Position numbers and translations under genes: made by a program. Shown one piece after another: positions 1-10,752 of a stretch of 64,000 nt of DNA. The number at the start of each line of letters is the position of its first letter. The stretch's first letter is position 1. Origin of the DNA: Geminicoccaceae bacterium (lineage in GTDB: Bacteria; Pseudomonadota; Alphaproteobacteria; Geminicoccales; Geminicoccaceae); assembly GCA_025054575.1 (NCBI GenBank), contig JANWZN010000001.1:1415-65414 (forward strand). The letters run 5' to 3'. Under the pieces are notes generated by a model that saw only the letters and a program-made list of their open reading frames with translations, did no database searches and was not told the origin of the DNA.

Positions 1-1364
1 CCGGCTCGGGCGGGGTCGCCTGCGCCCGGCGCGCGGCGCATTACGGTGCCAAGGTGGCGATCGCCGAGGCCGGGCGGGTCGGTGGCACCTGCGTGCTGCG
101 CGGCTGCGTGCCCAAAAAGCTCATGCACCTGGGCGCGCACTTCCGCGACCTGTTCCGCGCGGCCCGAGGTTACGGCTGGCGGCTCGGCGAGCCCGGGCTC
201 GATTTCCGAGCACTGCTCGAGGCGCGCAACGCCGAGATCGCGCGGCTCAACCGCGTCTATCTCGACATGCTGGAGAGTGCGGGCGTGCGGCTCTTGCACG
301 GCCGTGCTCGGATCCTCGCCAAGACCGCCCAAGGTTTCCGAGTTGAGGTGGGCGGCCTCGAGGTTTCGGCCGAGCGCGTGCTGGTCGCGGTCGGCGCACG
401 GCCCAGCCTGCCGGAGATACCCGGTGCCGAGCATGCCGTGACCTCGGACGAGCTCCTGGAAGAGATCTACCCGCTGCCGCACCGGCTCGCGGTGGTCGGT
501 GCGGGATATATCGGGGTCGAACTCGCGAGCATCTTTCGCGCCCTCGGCGCCGAGGTGACGCTGGTCTTCCGCGGCGAGCAACCGCTGCGGGGCTTCGACC
601 ACGAGCTTCGGCACGAGCTCTCCCAAGCGCTCGGCCGTGCCGGGATCCGCCTTCTCGCACAAGCTCGACCCGAGCGGATCGTTCCGGTCGAGGGCAGGTT
701 CGTGCTCGAGACCTCGAAGGGGCCGGTCGAGGCCGATCGGGTGCTGCTCGCCACCGGGCGCCGGCCGACCCCCAACACGGCGGGGCTCGGGCTCGAGGCC
801 CTCGGGGTCCGGCTCGCCGAGGACGGCTCTATCCCCGTCGATGCGGCGTATCGAACGAGGGTGCAGGGTCTGTTCGCGGTCGGCGACTGCTCGGACCATG
901 CCGGGCACGGGCTCGATGCCGCGCAACACGACCTCACGCCCGTGGCGATCGCCGAAGGCCGTGCCGTCGCGGAGCGGCTGTTCAACGCCAACCCCAAGAC
1001 CGTCAAATACGAGACCGTGCCGACGGCGGTGTTCAGCCTGCCCCAGGCGGCCGCGGTCGGCCTTACGCAAGAGCGGGCACAGGCCCTGGGGCGGAAGGTG
1101 AAGATCTTCCGCACTCGCTTCCGACCGATGCTGGAAACCCTGGGCGGTGGCGAGGAGCGGGTGTTCATGAAGCTCGTGGTCGACGCCGAGGACGATCGGG
1201 TGCTCGGCGTGCATCTGGTGGGCGGCGAGGCGGCCGAGATCGTGCAGGGCTTCGCGGTGGCCTTGACCTGCCGGGCGACCAAGGCGCAATTCGACGCCAC
1301 GGTGGCCTTGCATCCGACCGCCGCCGAGGAGCTCGTCACCATGTGGCGACCGGTGGAAGCGTGA
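1..1364 (+). CDS. gor: glutathione-disulfide reductase, 5' end cut by the window edge
   Basis: The frame of ORF 54..1364 stays open back to nt 3 and reads [22 protein letters not shown] (FAD-binding GxGxxG/A region). It has the redox-active [13 protein letters not shown] motif and a C-terminal [10 protein letters not shown] motif. Confidence 0.85.
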   Translation, partial: GSGGVACARRAAHYGAKVAIAEAGRVGGTCVLRGCVPKKLMHLGAHFRDLFRAARGYGWRLGEPGLDFRALLEARNAEIARLNRVYLDMLESAGVRLLHGRARILAKTAQGFRVEVGGLEVSAERVLVAVGARPSLPEIPGAEHAVTSDELLEEIYPLPHRLAVVGAGYIGVELASIFRALGAEVTLVFRGEQPLRGFDHELRHELSQALGRAGIRLLAQARPERIVPVEGRFVLETSKGPVEADRVLLATGRRPTPNTAGLGLEALGVRLAEDGSIPVDAAYRTRVQGLFAVGDCSDHAGHGLDAAQHDLTPVAIAEGRAVAERLFNANPKTVKYETVPTAVFSLPQAAAVGLTQERAQALGRKVKIFRTRFRPMLETLGGGEERVFMKLVVDAEDDRVLGVHLVGGEAAEIVQGFAVALTCRATKAQFDATVALHPTAAEELVTMWRPVEA

Positions 1365-1398
1365 GGATCGAGAAAGCGGGCCTCGAGCGGGGACGAGC

Positions 1399-2775
1399 AT
1401 GACGAGCGCGACCTGGGCGCCGGACAGTTGGCGCGCGAAGCCGGCGCGGCAGATGCCGGTCTACGAGGACGCGGCCGCGCTGGCCGCGGTCGAGCGCGAG
1501 CTCGCTACATATCCCCCGCTCGTGTTCGCGGGCGAGGCCCGTACCCTGCAAGACAAGCTCGCCGAGGTCGCAGCCGGGCGCGCGTTCCTGCTGCAGGGCG
1601 GGGATTGCGCGGAAGCGTTCGCCGATTTCAACGCCAACAAGATCCGCGACTGGCTGCGGGTGTTCTTGCAGATGGCGGTGGTGCTGACCTTCGGCGCCGG
1701 GCTGCCGGTGGTGAAGGTCGGCCGGATCGCGGGGCAGTTCGCCAAGCCGCGCTCCTCGCCGACCGAGCGGCAGGGCGAACGCGAGCTGCCCGCCTATCGC
1801 GGCGACATCGTCAACGCCATCGAGTTCGAGGAGGAAGCGCGCCGGCCCGACCCGGCGCGGATGTTGCGCGCCTACACCCAGGCCGCAGCGACCTTGAACC
1901 TGTTGCGCGCCTTCACCGAGGGCGGTTACGCGTCGTTGACCCGGGTGCACACCTGGATGATCGACAATGTCGCGCGCTCGCCGTGGGGACAGCGCTATCG
2001 CGACCTCGCCGATCGGATCAGCGAAACGCTCGACTTCATGCGCGCCTGCGGGATCTCGGACACGACGACCCCCGAGATCGCGAGGACCACACTCTACACC
2101 TCGCACGAAGCGCTGTTGCTGGGCTTCGAGCAGGCGATGACCCGGGTCGATTCGACCACCGGTCGGGTCTACGACACCTCGGCGCATTTCCTGTGGATCG
2201 GCGATCGGACCCGCCAGCTCGATGGCGCGCATGTCGAGTTCTGCCGCGGCATCGCCAACCCGCTCGGCGTCAAGGCGGGTCCTTCGATGACGATCGACGA
2301 GCTCTTGCGCCTGTGCGACGTCCTCAACCCCAAGAACGAGCCCGGCCGCCTGACCGTGATCAGCCGGATGGGGGCGGACAAGATCGAAGCGAAGCTTCCG
2401 CCGCTCGTCCGGGCGCTGCGCCGCGAAGGTCGCTCGGTCGTCTGGGCCTGCGATCCGATGCACGGCAACACCGTGACGACCAACGGGTTCAAGACCCGAC
2501 CGTTCGACCGGATCCGCAGCGAGGTCGAGAGCTTTTTCGCGATCCACAAGGCCGAGGGCACGCACGCGGGTGGGATCCACCTCGAGATGACCGGCGACGA
2601 CGTCACCGAATGCCTCGGCGGTTCCCAGGCGGTGACCGAGGCTTGTCTGGCCTCGCGCTACCATACGCAGTGCGATCCGCGGCTGAACGGTCAGCAGAGC
2701 CTCGAGCTCGCCTTCATCATGGCCGAGGCGCTCAAGGAAGAGCGCCGCTCGCAGCGGGTGGCCGCGGCTTCGTGA
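1399..2775 (+). CDS. 3-deoxy-7-phosphoheptulonate (DAHP) synthase, class II
   Basis: 458 aa. The N-terminus ([19 protein letters not shown]) and the [10 protein letters not shown] motif are typical of class II DAHP synthases. Confidence 0.9.
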   Translation: MTSATWAPDSWRAKPARQMPVYEDAAALAAVERELATYPPLVFAGEARTLQDKLAEVAAGRAFLLQGGDCAEAFADFNANKIRDWLRVFLQMAVVLTFGAGLPVVKVGRIAGQFAKPRSSPTERQGERELPAYRGDIVNAIEFEEEARRPDPARMLRAYTQAAATLNLLRAFTEGGYASLTRVHTWMIDNVARSPWGQRYRDLADRISETLDFMRACGISDTTTPEIARTTLYTSHEALLLGFEQAMTRVDSTTGRVYDTSAHFLWIGDRTRQLDGAHVEFCRGIANPLGVKAGPSMTIDELLRLCDVLNPKNEPGRLTVISRMGADKIEAKLPPLVRALRREGRSVVWACDPMHGNTVTTNGFKTRPFDRIRSEVESFFAIHKAEGTHAGGIHLEMTGDDVTECLGGSQAVTEACLASRYHTQCDPRLNGQQSLELAFIMAEALKEERRSQRVAAAS

Positions 2776-4019
2776 GGAAGGACGAAGACCCGCGGCCGGC
2801 AGCCGCTCTGGAGGCGGCGGATCGCAGCGGCGGCAGCGAGCCCGATCCCCCGGTCGCCGCCTCCTACCCGCTGGGCGAGGAGATCGGTCGCCACACCGAC
2901 GCTTATTTCCGCAAGACCAAGGCGATCATCGAGCGCTTCGGCGATTGCCGGGTCACCTACGCGATCTTCTTGCGCCGCCCGGTGGTGGCGGCACCGCGCC
3001 TGGCGCTCGAATGGCTCGCCCGGGTCGAGCGCGAGCGGGAGACCCGCTTCGAGATCGAGCTCTTGTTCGAGGAGGGCGATTGGGTCGGTGCGGGCGAACC
3101 GCTCATGTACCTGACCGGATCGTTCCGGCATCTGGTCGATCTCGAGACCAATCTCTTGCAAAAACTCGGTCCGGCCTGTGTCGCCGCGTTCAACGCCTAT
3201 TCGATGTGCACCGATCTGCCCTACGTGGCCTTTCTGGCGATGGACGCTCGCCACTGTGCCGGGCTCGAAATGGCCGAGATGATGGCCTATGCGGCGAGCG
3301 TCGGCTCCAAGCGCGCGCGCGCCGAGACCGGTGCCGTGGGCTTCATCGGCAACGCGACCGATGCGACCGCGCATTTCTTCGGCCGCAGGCGCGGGCTCGG
3401 GACCATGCCGCACGCGCTGATCGGCTATGCCGGCTCGACCGTGCGCGCGGCCGAGATGTTCCACGCGACCTTCCCCGACGATCCGCTCTACGTGCTGGTC
3501 GATTATTTCGGACGGGAGGTGACGGACGCGCTCGAGGTCTGCCGGCGGTTTCCCGACCTCGCCGCCGCGGGCCGGCTCGGCATCAGGCTCGACACCCATG
3601 GCGGCCGCTTCCTCGAGGGCCTCGACGTCGCTGCTTCCTACGCCGTGCTCGAACGCCACGCACCGCAGGCGACGCGCACCTATCGCACGCCCGAGGAGCT
3701 GGCTTGGCTCACCGGTACCGGCGTCACCGCCGCGGCGATCTTTCACATGCGCGAGCAGCTCGACGCCGCCGGGTTCAAGAACGTCAAGATCATCGCGAGC
3801 TCGGGGTTCTCGCCCGAGAAGTGCAAGCTCATGGCGAGCGTGCGGGCGCCGATCGACATCATCGGCACGGGCTCCTATCTGCCCGAGCGCTGGAGCGAGA
3901 CCTACGCGACCGCGGACGTGATCGCCTATGACGGGGTGCCGCGGGTCAAGGTCGGCCGCGAGTTCCTGTTCGAGCGGCCGCGGTCGGCGGTCGGCGGAGC
4001 GGCGCGCAAACAGCGCTGA
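2772..4019 (+). CDS. nicotinate phosphoribosyltransferase-family protein
   Basis: This is the 3' part of track ORF 1428..4019. The first plausible start is GTG 2772, overlapping the DAHP synthase stop (GTGA). It shows type II PRTase-like segments ([45 protein letters not shown]). The start codon is uncertain. Confidence 0.65.
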   Translation: MRKDEDPRPAAALEAADRSGGSEPDPPVAASYPLGEEIGRHTDAYFRKTKAIIERFGDCRVTYAIFLRRPVVAAPRLALEWLARVERERETRFEIELLFEEGDWVGAGEPLMYLTGSFRHLVDLETNLLQKLGPACVAAFNAYSMCTDLPYVAFLAMDARHCAGLEMAEMMAYAASVGSKRARAETGAVGFIGNATDATAHFFGRRRGLGTMPHALIGYAGSTVRAAEMFHATFPDDPLYVLVDYFGREVTDALEVCRRFPDLAAAGRLGIRLDTHGGRFLEGLDVAASYAVLERHAPQATRTYRTPEELAWLTGTGVTAAAIFHMREQLDAAGFKNVKIIASSGFSPEKCKLMASVRAPIDIIGTGSYLPERWSETYATADVIAYDGVPRVKVGREFLFERPRSAVGGAARKQR

Positions 4020-4047
4020 GACGAGCGCCCGGGCGAGCTCGTGGCGC

Positions 4048-4758
4048 TCAGGCCTGCAGCCAGCCGAGATCGCGGATCGCACCGCGGGCCTCGCTTCCCG
4101 TATCGTCGCTGTCGGCACCGATCCCGATCCGCTCGACCGCGGGCGGCTCCTCGCCGAAGGCCGCGCGGAAATCGGCGCGCACGTCGACCCGCTCCTCGAG
4201 CCAGGCTCCGAGCGGCGCCGAGCCGTCGCGCAGCACGCGGAGCTTCGCCCCGGTCGGCAGATACGGATTGTCGAACCAGCCGTTCGCGCGCCCGTCGCCG
4301 CCCCAGACATAGGTGAGGAGCCGGCCCGGCAGCTCTTGCCCGGCGAGCGAACTCAACACCGCCCGCACGCTGCGCTCCAGCAAGCTCGCTCGCTCGGGCA
4401 CCCAGGCGAAGGCGACATAGACCGAGAGCGAGCGATCGTCGCCGCCTTTGCGGGTGAGGTCGGTGGGCGGGACGGCCCGGTCGACCCGCCAGCGCCAGCG
4501 CAGGATCGGCGTGCGGGCGAGATCGGCCGAAAGATCGCGCCACGCGACCGAGACAGAGGCCCTGCTCTCGATGACGACCGTTCCGTCCCCGTCGAGCCGA
4601 TATCGGTTGCCCGGCTTGTCGCGGAAGGTCATCTCCTGCCAGCCGTCGGCAGCGAGTGCCCCGTCGAACGCGGCTTGGAGACCACGGCCCGGAACCAGGC
4701 CCGCCATCGCAGCCGCGAGCAAAAAGCGTCGCCGGTGGAAGCGGGGCGTCGGTTGCAT
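4048..4758 (-). CDS. DUF3047 domain protein with a Tat-like signal
   Basis: Track ORF 4048..4770. ATG 4758 gives MQPTPRFHRRRFLLAAAMAG, a twin-arginine-type signal; the alternative start is GTG 4770. The body resembles the DUF3047 family (LRWRWRV, SLSVYVAF). Confidence 0.65.
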   Translation of the reverse strand: MQPTPRFHRRRFLLAAAMAGLVPGRGLQAAFDGALAADGWQEMTFRDKPGNRYRLDGDGTVVIESRASVSVAWRDLSADLARTPILRWRWRVDRAVPPTDLTRKGGDDRSLSVYVAFAWVPERASLLERSVRAVLSSLAGQELPGRLLTYVWGGDGRANGWFDNPYLPTGAKLRVLRDGSAPLGAWLEERVDVRADFRAAFGEEPPAVERIGIGADSDDTGSEARGAIRDLGWLQA

Positions 4759-4822
4759 TTGCGCAAGCACTCCGAAGAATGGGGCCTCGAGGGCGAAACC
4801 GCGCGTCGATTAGGAGAATAGG

Positions 4823-6763
4823 ATGAACGAGCCTGTCTGGCGACCGGATCCCGAACGGGCGGCGCGCACGCAGATGGCCGGCTTCGCTGCCGATCACGGC
4901 TTCACCGGCCCCGATGCGGTTGCGGCCCTTTGGCGCTGGTCGGTCGATCATCCCGAGCGGTTCTGGCAGGAGGTTTGGACGCGCTTCGGGGTGGTCGCGA
5001 GCGAGGCGGCCGAGCGGGTGCTCGACGACCCCGAGGCGATGCCGGGTGCGCGCTGGTTCCCGGGGGCGCGGCTCAACTTCGCCCAGAATCTCCTGCGCCG
5101 GCGCGACGCCGAACCGGCCATCGTGTTCGTGGGCGAAGACGGCCGCCGGCGCGAGCTGAGCTGGAGCGAGCTCTGGGAGGCGGTCGAGCGCCTCGCCGCC
5201 GCCTTGCGAGCCCGGGGGATCGGCCTCGACGACCGCGTCGTCGGTTACCTCCCCAACATCCCCGAGACGATCGTCGGCATGCTCGCGACCTCGGCGATCG
5301 GCGCGATCTGGTCGTCCTGCTCTCCCGATTTCGGCGTGCGCGGCGTGCTCGACCGGTTCGGTCAGATCGAGCCCAAGGCAATGCTGACCGTGGACGGCTA
5401 CCTCTACGCCGGCAAGCGGATCGACATCCGAGCCAAGGTCGGCGAGGTGGCGAGCGCGTTGCCCAGCCTCAAGCAAGTCGTCGTGGTACCCTTTCTCGAC
5501 GAACGGTCCGAGCTCGCGCCGATCCCGAGGGCCGTGTCGCTCGCCGATTTTCTCGCCCGCGATCCGGAGCCGCTCCGTTTCGAACAGCTCCCGTTCGATT
5601 ATCCGCTCTACGTGCTCTACTCTTCGGGCACGACCGGCATGCCCAAGGCGATCGTGCACGGCCAGGGCGGGACGTTGCTGCAGCATCTCAAGGAGCACCG
5701 GCTGCATTGCGATCTCCGACCGGGCGAGCGGCTGTTCTATTACACGACCTGCGGCTGGATGATGTGGAACTGGCTCGCCTCGGGGCTCGCGAGCGGCGCC
5801 ACCCTCGTCCTCTACGACGGCTCGCCCTTTCATCCCGGGCCCGCGGTGTTGTGGGACCTGGCGCAGAGCGAGCGGATCACGATCTTCGGGACCAGTGCCA
5901 AATATCTTCAAGCCCTGGAGAAGGCGGGTGCGGCGCCGATCGACAGCCACGATTTGAGCGAGCTCAAAGCGATCTTGTCGACCGGTTCGCCGCTCTTGCC
6001 CGAGTCCTTCGACTACGTCTACAGCAAGATCAAGAAGGACGTGCATCTGGCTTCGATTTCGGGGGGTACGGACATCGTTTCCTGCTTCGTGCTGGGCAAC
6101 CCGGCCGGGCCCGTCTGGCGCGGCGAGATCCAGATGCGGGGGCTCGGCATGGCGGTCGACGTCTTCGACGAGCAGGGCCGGCCCGTCCGCGGCCGGCGCG
6201 GCGAGCTGGTCTGCACCAAGCCCTTCCCGTCGATGCCGATCGGCTTCTGGAACGATCCGGACGGCAGCCGCTACCGACGGAGCTATTTCGAGCGGTTCCC
6301 CGGGATCTGGTGCCACGGCGACTGGGCCGAGCTGACCGAGCACGACGGCATCGTCATCTACGGTCGCTCCGACGCGGTCCTCAACCCCGGCGGGGTGCGG
6401 ATCGGCACCGCCGAGATCTATCGGCAGGTCGAGCAGATCGACGAGGTCCTGGAGTCCGTCTGCGTCGGCCAGGAGTGGGACGGCGACACCCGTGTCGTGC
6501 TGTTCGTGAAGCTGCGCGAGGGACTGGTCCTCGACGACGCGCTGCGCGAGCGGATCCGGCGCCGGATCCGGGAGAACACGACGCCGCGGCACGTGCCGGC
6601 CAAAATCGTCCAAGTGGCCGACATCCCGCGAACGATGAGCGGCAAGATCACCGAGCTCGCGGTCCGCGACGTGATCCACGGGCGCCCGGTGGCGAACGTG
6701 GAGGCGCTCGCGAACCCGCAGGCACTCGAGCTGTTCCGCGACCTGCCCGAGCTGCGGAGCTGA
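4823..6763 (+). CDS. acetoacetate-CoA ligase (acetoacetyl-CoA synthetase)
   Basis: 646 aa. AMP-binding motif [14 protein letters not shown]; the length and N-terminus are typical of acetoacetyl-CoA synthetases; C-terminal [10 protein letters not shown]. Confidence 0.9.
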   Translation: MNEPVWRPDPERAARTQMAGFAADHGFTGPDAVAALWRWSVDHPERFWQEVWTRFGVVASEAAERVLDDPEAMPGARWFPGARLNFAQNLLRRRDAEPAIVFVGEDGRRRELSWSELWEAVERLAAALRARGIGLDDRVVGYLPNIPETIVGMLATSAIGAIWSSCSPDFGVRGVLDRFGQIEPKAMLTVDGYLYAGKRIDIRAKVGEVASALPSLKQVVVVPFLDERSELAPIPRAVSLADFLARDPEPLRFEQLPFDYPLYVLYSSGTTGMPKAIVHGQGGTLLQHLKEHRLHCDLRPGERLFYYTTCGWMMWNWLASGLASGATLVLYDGSPFHPGPAVLWDLAQSERITIFGTSAKYLQALEKAGAAPIDSHDLSELKAILSTGSPLLPESFDYVYSKIKKDVHLASISGGTDIVSCFVLGNPAGPVWRGEIQMRGLGMAVDVFDEQGRPVRGRRGELVCTKPFPSMPIGFWNDPDGSRYRRSYFERFPGIWCHGDWAELTEHDGIVIYGRSDAVLNPGGVRIGTAEIYRQVEQIDEVLESVCVGQEWDGDTRVVLFVKLREGLVLDDALRERIRRRIRENTTPRHVPAKIVQVADIPRTMSGKITELAVRDVIHGRPVANVEALANPQALELFRDLPELRS

Positions 6764-6771
6764 GGCTCGCG

Positions 6772-8217
6772 GTGGCGGCGGCGAGGCGCCTGCGGGGCCC
6801 GGCACCGACCGTCAGCCTCCTGCGCGACACGGCTCTCGGCATCGCCCCGGCGATCGCGGCCGTCTTCGTCGCGGTCGCACTCGGCTGGGCCGATCTCTGG
6901 GCGCTCCTGGCCGGGACCGTCACCGGCGGCGTGGTCGCGTACCTCATCGCCAAGCAGTGGATCGCGCAAGCAACCGCGCTCGCGCGCTGGATGATCGGTC
7001 TTGGTGGCGGCGAGGAAGGTCAGCGGCCGACCCTGGTCCTCGGCTCGGCCCTCGAGTGGATCATGTGGCCGGCCCTCGATCTCGCCCGCCGCGCCCGGCG
7101 CGCCGAACGCCAGGCGGCGATCCACGCGCGCCGCTTGTCGACCGTGCTCGATGCGCTCTCCGATGCGGTCCTGCTGGTCGACGGGCGCGGTACGATCATC
7201 GACGCCAACCCGGCGGCGCGGCGGACCTTCGGTCTGGAGCGGGTCGACGTCCCGTTCGCCCGGGCCTCGCGCGACCCGGGCGTGATCGCCGCCTTGAACG
7301 CCGCGCTCGACACCGGGACGGCGAGCACGGTCGTCTTCAGCCCGGTGGAGGACCGCCTCAAGCTGTTCGCCGCGCGCATCCAGCCGATCGAGAGCCCGGA
7401 CGGCGGCCGCGGCGCCATGCTCGTGCTGCGCGAGCAGAGCGAGCAGCTCTTGATCGAGCGGATGCGCTCGGACTTCGTCGCCAACGCGAGCCATGAGATC
7501 AAGACCCCGCTCGCTGCGATCATCGGTATCATCGAGACGCTGCGCGGGCCGGCCCGCGACGATCCGGCCGCCCGCGAGATGTTCCTCGCCACGATGGCAG
7601 AGGAAGCGGGCCGGATGAAACGCCTGGTCGACGATCTGCTGTCGCTTTCGCAGATCGAGCTGGCGGCGCGGCGGCCGCCTTCGGCGCGGGTACCCCTCGC
7701 CGACGTGCTCGAGGGCACGCTCGCGCGGATGCGGCCGATGGCCGCGGCGGCGAGGATCAAACTCGAGCTCGATGCGCCCCCTTGCCTGCCCGAAATCACC
7801 GCCGATGCCGATCAGCTCCATCAGCTGCTCGGCAACCTGATCGACAACGCGATCAAGTACGGTGGCCCCGACAAGGTCGTGCGGGTCGAGGTCCGGTTGC
7901 TCGAGGCCGCACCCGCGAGCGCGGGGCCGGTCGCCGGCCGCCCGGCCGTCGAGATCGCGGTCGTCGATCAGGGCGAAGGCATCGCGCCCGAGCATCTGCC
8001 GCGGCTCACCGAGCGCTTCTACCGGGTCGACAAGGGCCGCTCGCGCCGGATCGGCGGGACGGGTCTCGGGCTCGCGATCGTCAAGCACATCGTCCGCCGC
8101 CACCAGGGCCATCTCGCGATCGAGAGCGAGCTCGGCCGCGGTTCGCGCTTCGCCGTGCTGCTGCCGCTCCAACCGACCGAGCGTGCCAGTCACGGAGCTG
8201 TCATAAAATCGTCATAG
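6772..8217 (+). CDS. phoR: phosphate regulon sensor histidine kinase PhoR
   Basis: This is the 3' part of track ORF 4930..8217. GTG 6772 is the first start after the upstream stop. It has two N-terminal hydrophobic segments, a PAS-like region, the H-box FVANASHEIKTPL, the N-box LIDNAIKY and the G-box GGTGLGLAIV. It lies immediately upstream of pstSCAB-phoU-phoB. Confidence 0.85.
   Translation: MAAARRLRGPAPTVSLLRDTALGIAPAIAAVFVAVALGWADLWALLAGTVTGGVVAYLIAKQWIAQATALARWMIGLGGGEEGQRPTLVLGSALEWIMWPALDLARRARRAERQAAIHARRLSTVLDALSDAVLLVDGRGTIIDANPAARRTFGLERVDVPFARASRDPGVIAALNAALDTGTASTVVFSPVEDRLKLFAARIQPIESPDGGRGAMLVLREQSEQLLIERMRSDFVANASHEIKTPLAAIIGIIETLRGPARDDPAAREMFLATMAEEAGRMKRLVDDLLSLSQIELAARRPPSARVPLADVLEGTLARMRPMAAAARIKLELDAPPCLPEITADADQLHQLLGNLIDNAIKYGGPDKVVRVEVRLLEAAPASAGPVAGRPAVEIAVVDQGEGIAPEHLPRLTERFYRVDKGRSRRIGGTGLGLAIVKHIVRRHQGHLAIESELGRGSRFAVLLPLQPTERASHGAVIKSS
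8198..8215 (+). promoter_or_regulatory. Pho box (PhoB binding site) upstream of pstS
   Basis: CTGTCAT-AAAA-TCGTCAT: two 7-nt direct repeats with a 4-nt A-rich spacer, matching the CTGTCAT-N4-CTGTCAT consensus. It sits in the last codons of phoR, 68 nt upstream of the pstS ATG. Confidence 0.6.
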
Positions 8218-8282
8218 CACCGGCGCGGAGCGGGCCCAGGCTCCCCAGCGAGTTCCCAGGTGCTACGAGGAGGCATCGCACC

Positions 8283-9302
8283 ATGAAGCGCTTGATGCTC
8301 ACGGCGACGGCCGTGGCAGTGGTGGCCGTCGCCGGCGAGGCGATGGCCCGTGACCAGATCCGGATCGTCGGCTCCTCGACCGTGTTCCCCTTCTCGACCG
8401 CGGTCGCCGAGCAGTTCGGCCGCGCCGGCAAGTTCAAGACCCCGGTGGTCGAGAGCACCGGCACAGGCGGCGGCTTCAAGCTCTTCTGCGCCGGCGTCGG
8501 CGAGAGCCACCCCGATATCACCAACGCCTCGCGGGCGATCAAGAAGTCCGAGTACGAGGAGTGCGTGAAGAACGGGGTGAAAGACATCACCGAGGTGAAG
8601 ATCGGCTTCGACGGGATCGTCGTCGCCGAGTCCAAGGGGGCGCGGCAGCTCGACCTCAAGATCGAGCAGATCTGGCTCGCGCTCGCGAAGGAGGTGCCGA
8701 AAGACGGCAAGCTCGTCGCCAATCCCTACCGGACCTGGCGGGATATCGATCCCTCGCTGCCCGCGGACAAGATCGAGGTGCTCGGCCCGCCGCCGACCTC
8801 GGGGACCCGAGACGCGTTCGTCGAGCTCGTGATGGATGTCGGCTGCCAGAAGTTCCCGGAGATCAAGGCGCTCGAAGCGAAGGCTCAGCGTGCGGCTTGC
8901 CAGACCATCCGCGAGGATGGCGCCTACATCGACGCGGGTGAAAACGACAATCTGATCGTCCAGAAGCTCAAGGCCAATCCGAAGGCGATGGGCATCTTCG
9001 GCTACAGCTTCCTGGATCAGAATCGCGATGCGCTGATCGCGCACAAGATCAACGGTGTCGAGCCCACCTACGACAACATCTCCTCCGGCAAATATGCCGT
9101 GTCGCGTTCGCTCTACTTTTACGTCAAGAACGCGCACGCCGCGGTGGTGCCGGGGATCCGGGAGTTCGTGGCCGAGTTCACGAGCGACAAGGCGATGGGT
9201 CCGGACGGCTATCTCGCCGACAAGGGCCTGATCGCCTTGCCCGACAAGATGCGCGAAGAGGTCCGCAACCGCGCCGCCAATCTCGAACCGTTGACGATGT
9301 GA
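8283..9302 (+). CDS. pstS: phosphate ABC transporter substrate-binding protein PstS
   Basis: The ATG at 8283 gives MKRLMLTATAVAVVAVAGEAMA, a signal peptide. Contains GSSTVFPF and TGTGGGF motifs. First gene of the pst operon. Confidence 0.9.
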   Translation: MKRLMLTATAVAVVAVAGEAMARDQIRIVGSSTVFPFSTAVAEQFGRAGKFKTPVVESTGTGGGFKLFCAGVGESHPDITNASRAIKKSEYEECVKNGVKDITEVKIGFDGIVVAESKGARQLDLKIEQIWLALAKEVPKDGKLVANPYRTWRDIDPSLPADKIEVLGPPPTSGTRDAFVELVMDVGCQKFPEIKALEAKAQRAACQTIREDGAYIDAGENDNLIVQKLKANPKAMGIFGYSFLDQNRDALIAHKINGVEPTYDNISSGKYAVSRSLYFYVKNAHAAVVPGIREFVAEFTSDKAMGPDGYLADKGLIALPDKMREEVRNRAANLEPLTM

Positions 9303-9307
9303 GCAGC

Positions 9308-9339
9308 GCCCCCGGGGCCGAGCGCAGCGCCCCGGGGGC
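9308..9339 (+). terminator. intercistronic stem-loop after pstS (attenuator / mRNA-stability hairpin)
   Basis: Perfect 10-bp stem GCCCCCGGGG / CCCCGGGGGC with a 12-nt loop, starting 6 nt after the pstS stop and followed by TTCAGCTTTC. Confidence 0.5.
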
Positions 9340-9378
9340 TTCAGCTTTCATCGGGGGAGACGGCGAAAGCCGCAATCG

Positions 9379-10752
9379 ATGCTCACCGTCCTCGCTGTGC
9401 TCCTGGTCGCATCCGCGGCCTTCGGTCTCGCGCGTCATCGGGCCCTCGCGGTCGCGAACGGCAAACCGTCCGCGCTCCACTCCCGGCCGGTTCATCATGC
9501 GGTGTACGCGGCCCTGCTCGCCGCCGGCCCGGCCTTGGCGCTGTGGGCGGTGTGGGCGGTGTTCAGCCCGCTCGTCCTCCGCTGGATCGTCGAAGCCTCC
9601 CTCCCGCCCGAGCTCCTGGCACAAGGCCCGGAGCTGCGGCGGTTCTTCATGAGCACCGTGCTTCGACTGGCCTCGGGCTTGCCGCCGACGGGCGAGGTGA
9701 CACCGGACCTCGCTGCGGCCGCCGCCTATTACAGCCGTCTGTCGAGCTTCGGCTCGCTCGCGGTCCTCGTGGGTTCGGTCTGCCTCGCGCTCGTTCTGGC
9801 TCGTCTCGCCCTCTCGCGCATCTCGCTCGAGATGCGGGCACGCAACGCGGTCGAGTCCTGGTTCACCACGGCGCTGTGGATCAGTGCCGCGATCTCGATC
9901 GCGACGACGGCCGGCATCGTCTTCTCCGTTCTGTTCGAGAGCATGCGGTTCTTCCAGTTCGTGCCGGTGAGCGAGTTCCTCTTCGGCCTGCAATGGAGTC
10001 CGCAGATCGCCTTGCGAGCCGATCAGGTCGCGGGCTCGGGCGCGTTCGGTGCGGTTCCGCTGTTCGCCGGAACGCTGCTCGTCACCGTGATCGCGATGGC
10101 GGTGGCCGGGCCGATCGGCATGCTGTCGGCGATCTTCTTGTCGCAATATGCGAGCCCCGCGTTCCGCGATGTCGCCAAGCCCGTGCTCGAGGTGCTGGCC
10201 GGGATCCCGACGGTCGTCTACGGGTTCTTCGCCGCTCTGGTCGTGGCGCCTTGGGTGCGGGGCTTCGGCGAGAGCCTCGGGCTCGACGTGTCCTCGGAAA
10301 GCGCGCTGGCGGCCGGGGTGGTGATGGGGATCATGATCATCCCCTTCGTCTCCTCGCTCGCCGACGACGCCATCATGGCGGTCCCGCAAGCGATGCGCGA
10401 CGGCTCCTTGGCCCTCGGTGCGACGCGCGCGGAGACGATCTCGCAGGTGCTGATCCCGGCGGCTCTGCCGGGCATCGTGGCGGGCTTCTTGCTCGCGATC
10501 AGCCGAGCCATCGGCGAAACGATGATCGTGGTCATGGCGGCCGGGATGGCCGCCAACCTCACGGCCAATCCGCTCGCTTCGGTGACCACGGTCACCGTGC
10601 AGATCGTGACGCTCCTGGTCGGCGATCAGGAGTTCGACAGCCCCAAGACGCTGTCGGCGTTCGCGCTCGGTCTGACGTTGTTCGTGGTCACCCTCGGCCT
10701 GAACGTCATCGCGCTCTACGTTCTCCAGCGGTTCCGAGAGCAATATGAATGA
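9379..10752 (+). CDS. pstC: phosphate ABC transporter permease PstC (long form)
   Basis: 457 aa, multi-TM. ABC permease EAA-type region (SRAIGETMIV). Positioned between pstS and pstA. Confidence 0.9.
   Translation: MLTVLAVLLVASAAFGLARHRALAVANGKPSALHSRPVHHAVYAALLAAGPALALWAVWAVFSPLVLRWIVEASLPPELLAQGPELRRFFMSTVLRLASGLPPTGEVTPDLAAAAAYYSRLSSFGSLAVLVGSVCLALVLARLALSRISLEMRARNAVESWFTTALWISAAISIATTAGIVFSVLFESMRFFQFVPVSEFLFGLQWSPQIALRADQVAGSGAFGAVPLFAGTLLVTVIAMAVAGPIGMLSAIFLSQYASPAFRDVAKPVLEVLAGIPTVVYGFFAALVVAPWVRGFGESLGLDVSSESALAAGVVMGIMIIPFVSSLADDAIMAVPQAMRDGSLALGATRAETISQVLIPAALPGIVAGFLLAISRAIGETMIVVMAAGMAANLTANPLASVTTVTVQIVTLLVGDQEFDSPKTLSAFALGLTLFVVTLGLNVIALYVLQRFREQYE

Noticed and set aside
1428-4019. 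863-aa ORF in the track that would fuse an out-of-frame read of the DAHP synthase gene to the PRTase-family gene. The same pattern occurs at 4930-8217, 7782-9302, 11353-12885, 27341-28765, 30277-31626, 59323-61824 and 61828-63816.
   Set aside because: Only the 3' portions have protein-like sequence. The 5' portions overlap the preceding real gene in another frame and read as Arg/Pro junk. The starts were reassigned to the first sensible start codon after the upstream gene.
3926-6805. 959-aa ORF antisense to the acetoacetyl-CoA synthetase gene. Similar giants lie at 1336-2664, 20992-23529, 50451-53081, 54816-56996 and 56038-58566.
   Set aside because: All lie exactly opposite well-supported genes and are Arg/Pro/Gly/Ala-rich with frequent Trp and Cys. 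They have no motifs and no RBS. This is the typical shadow-ORF artefact of stop-codon-poor GC-rich DNA.
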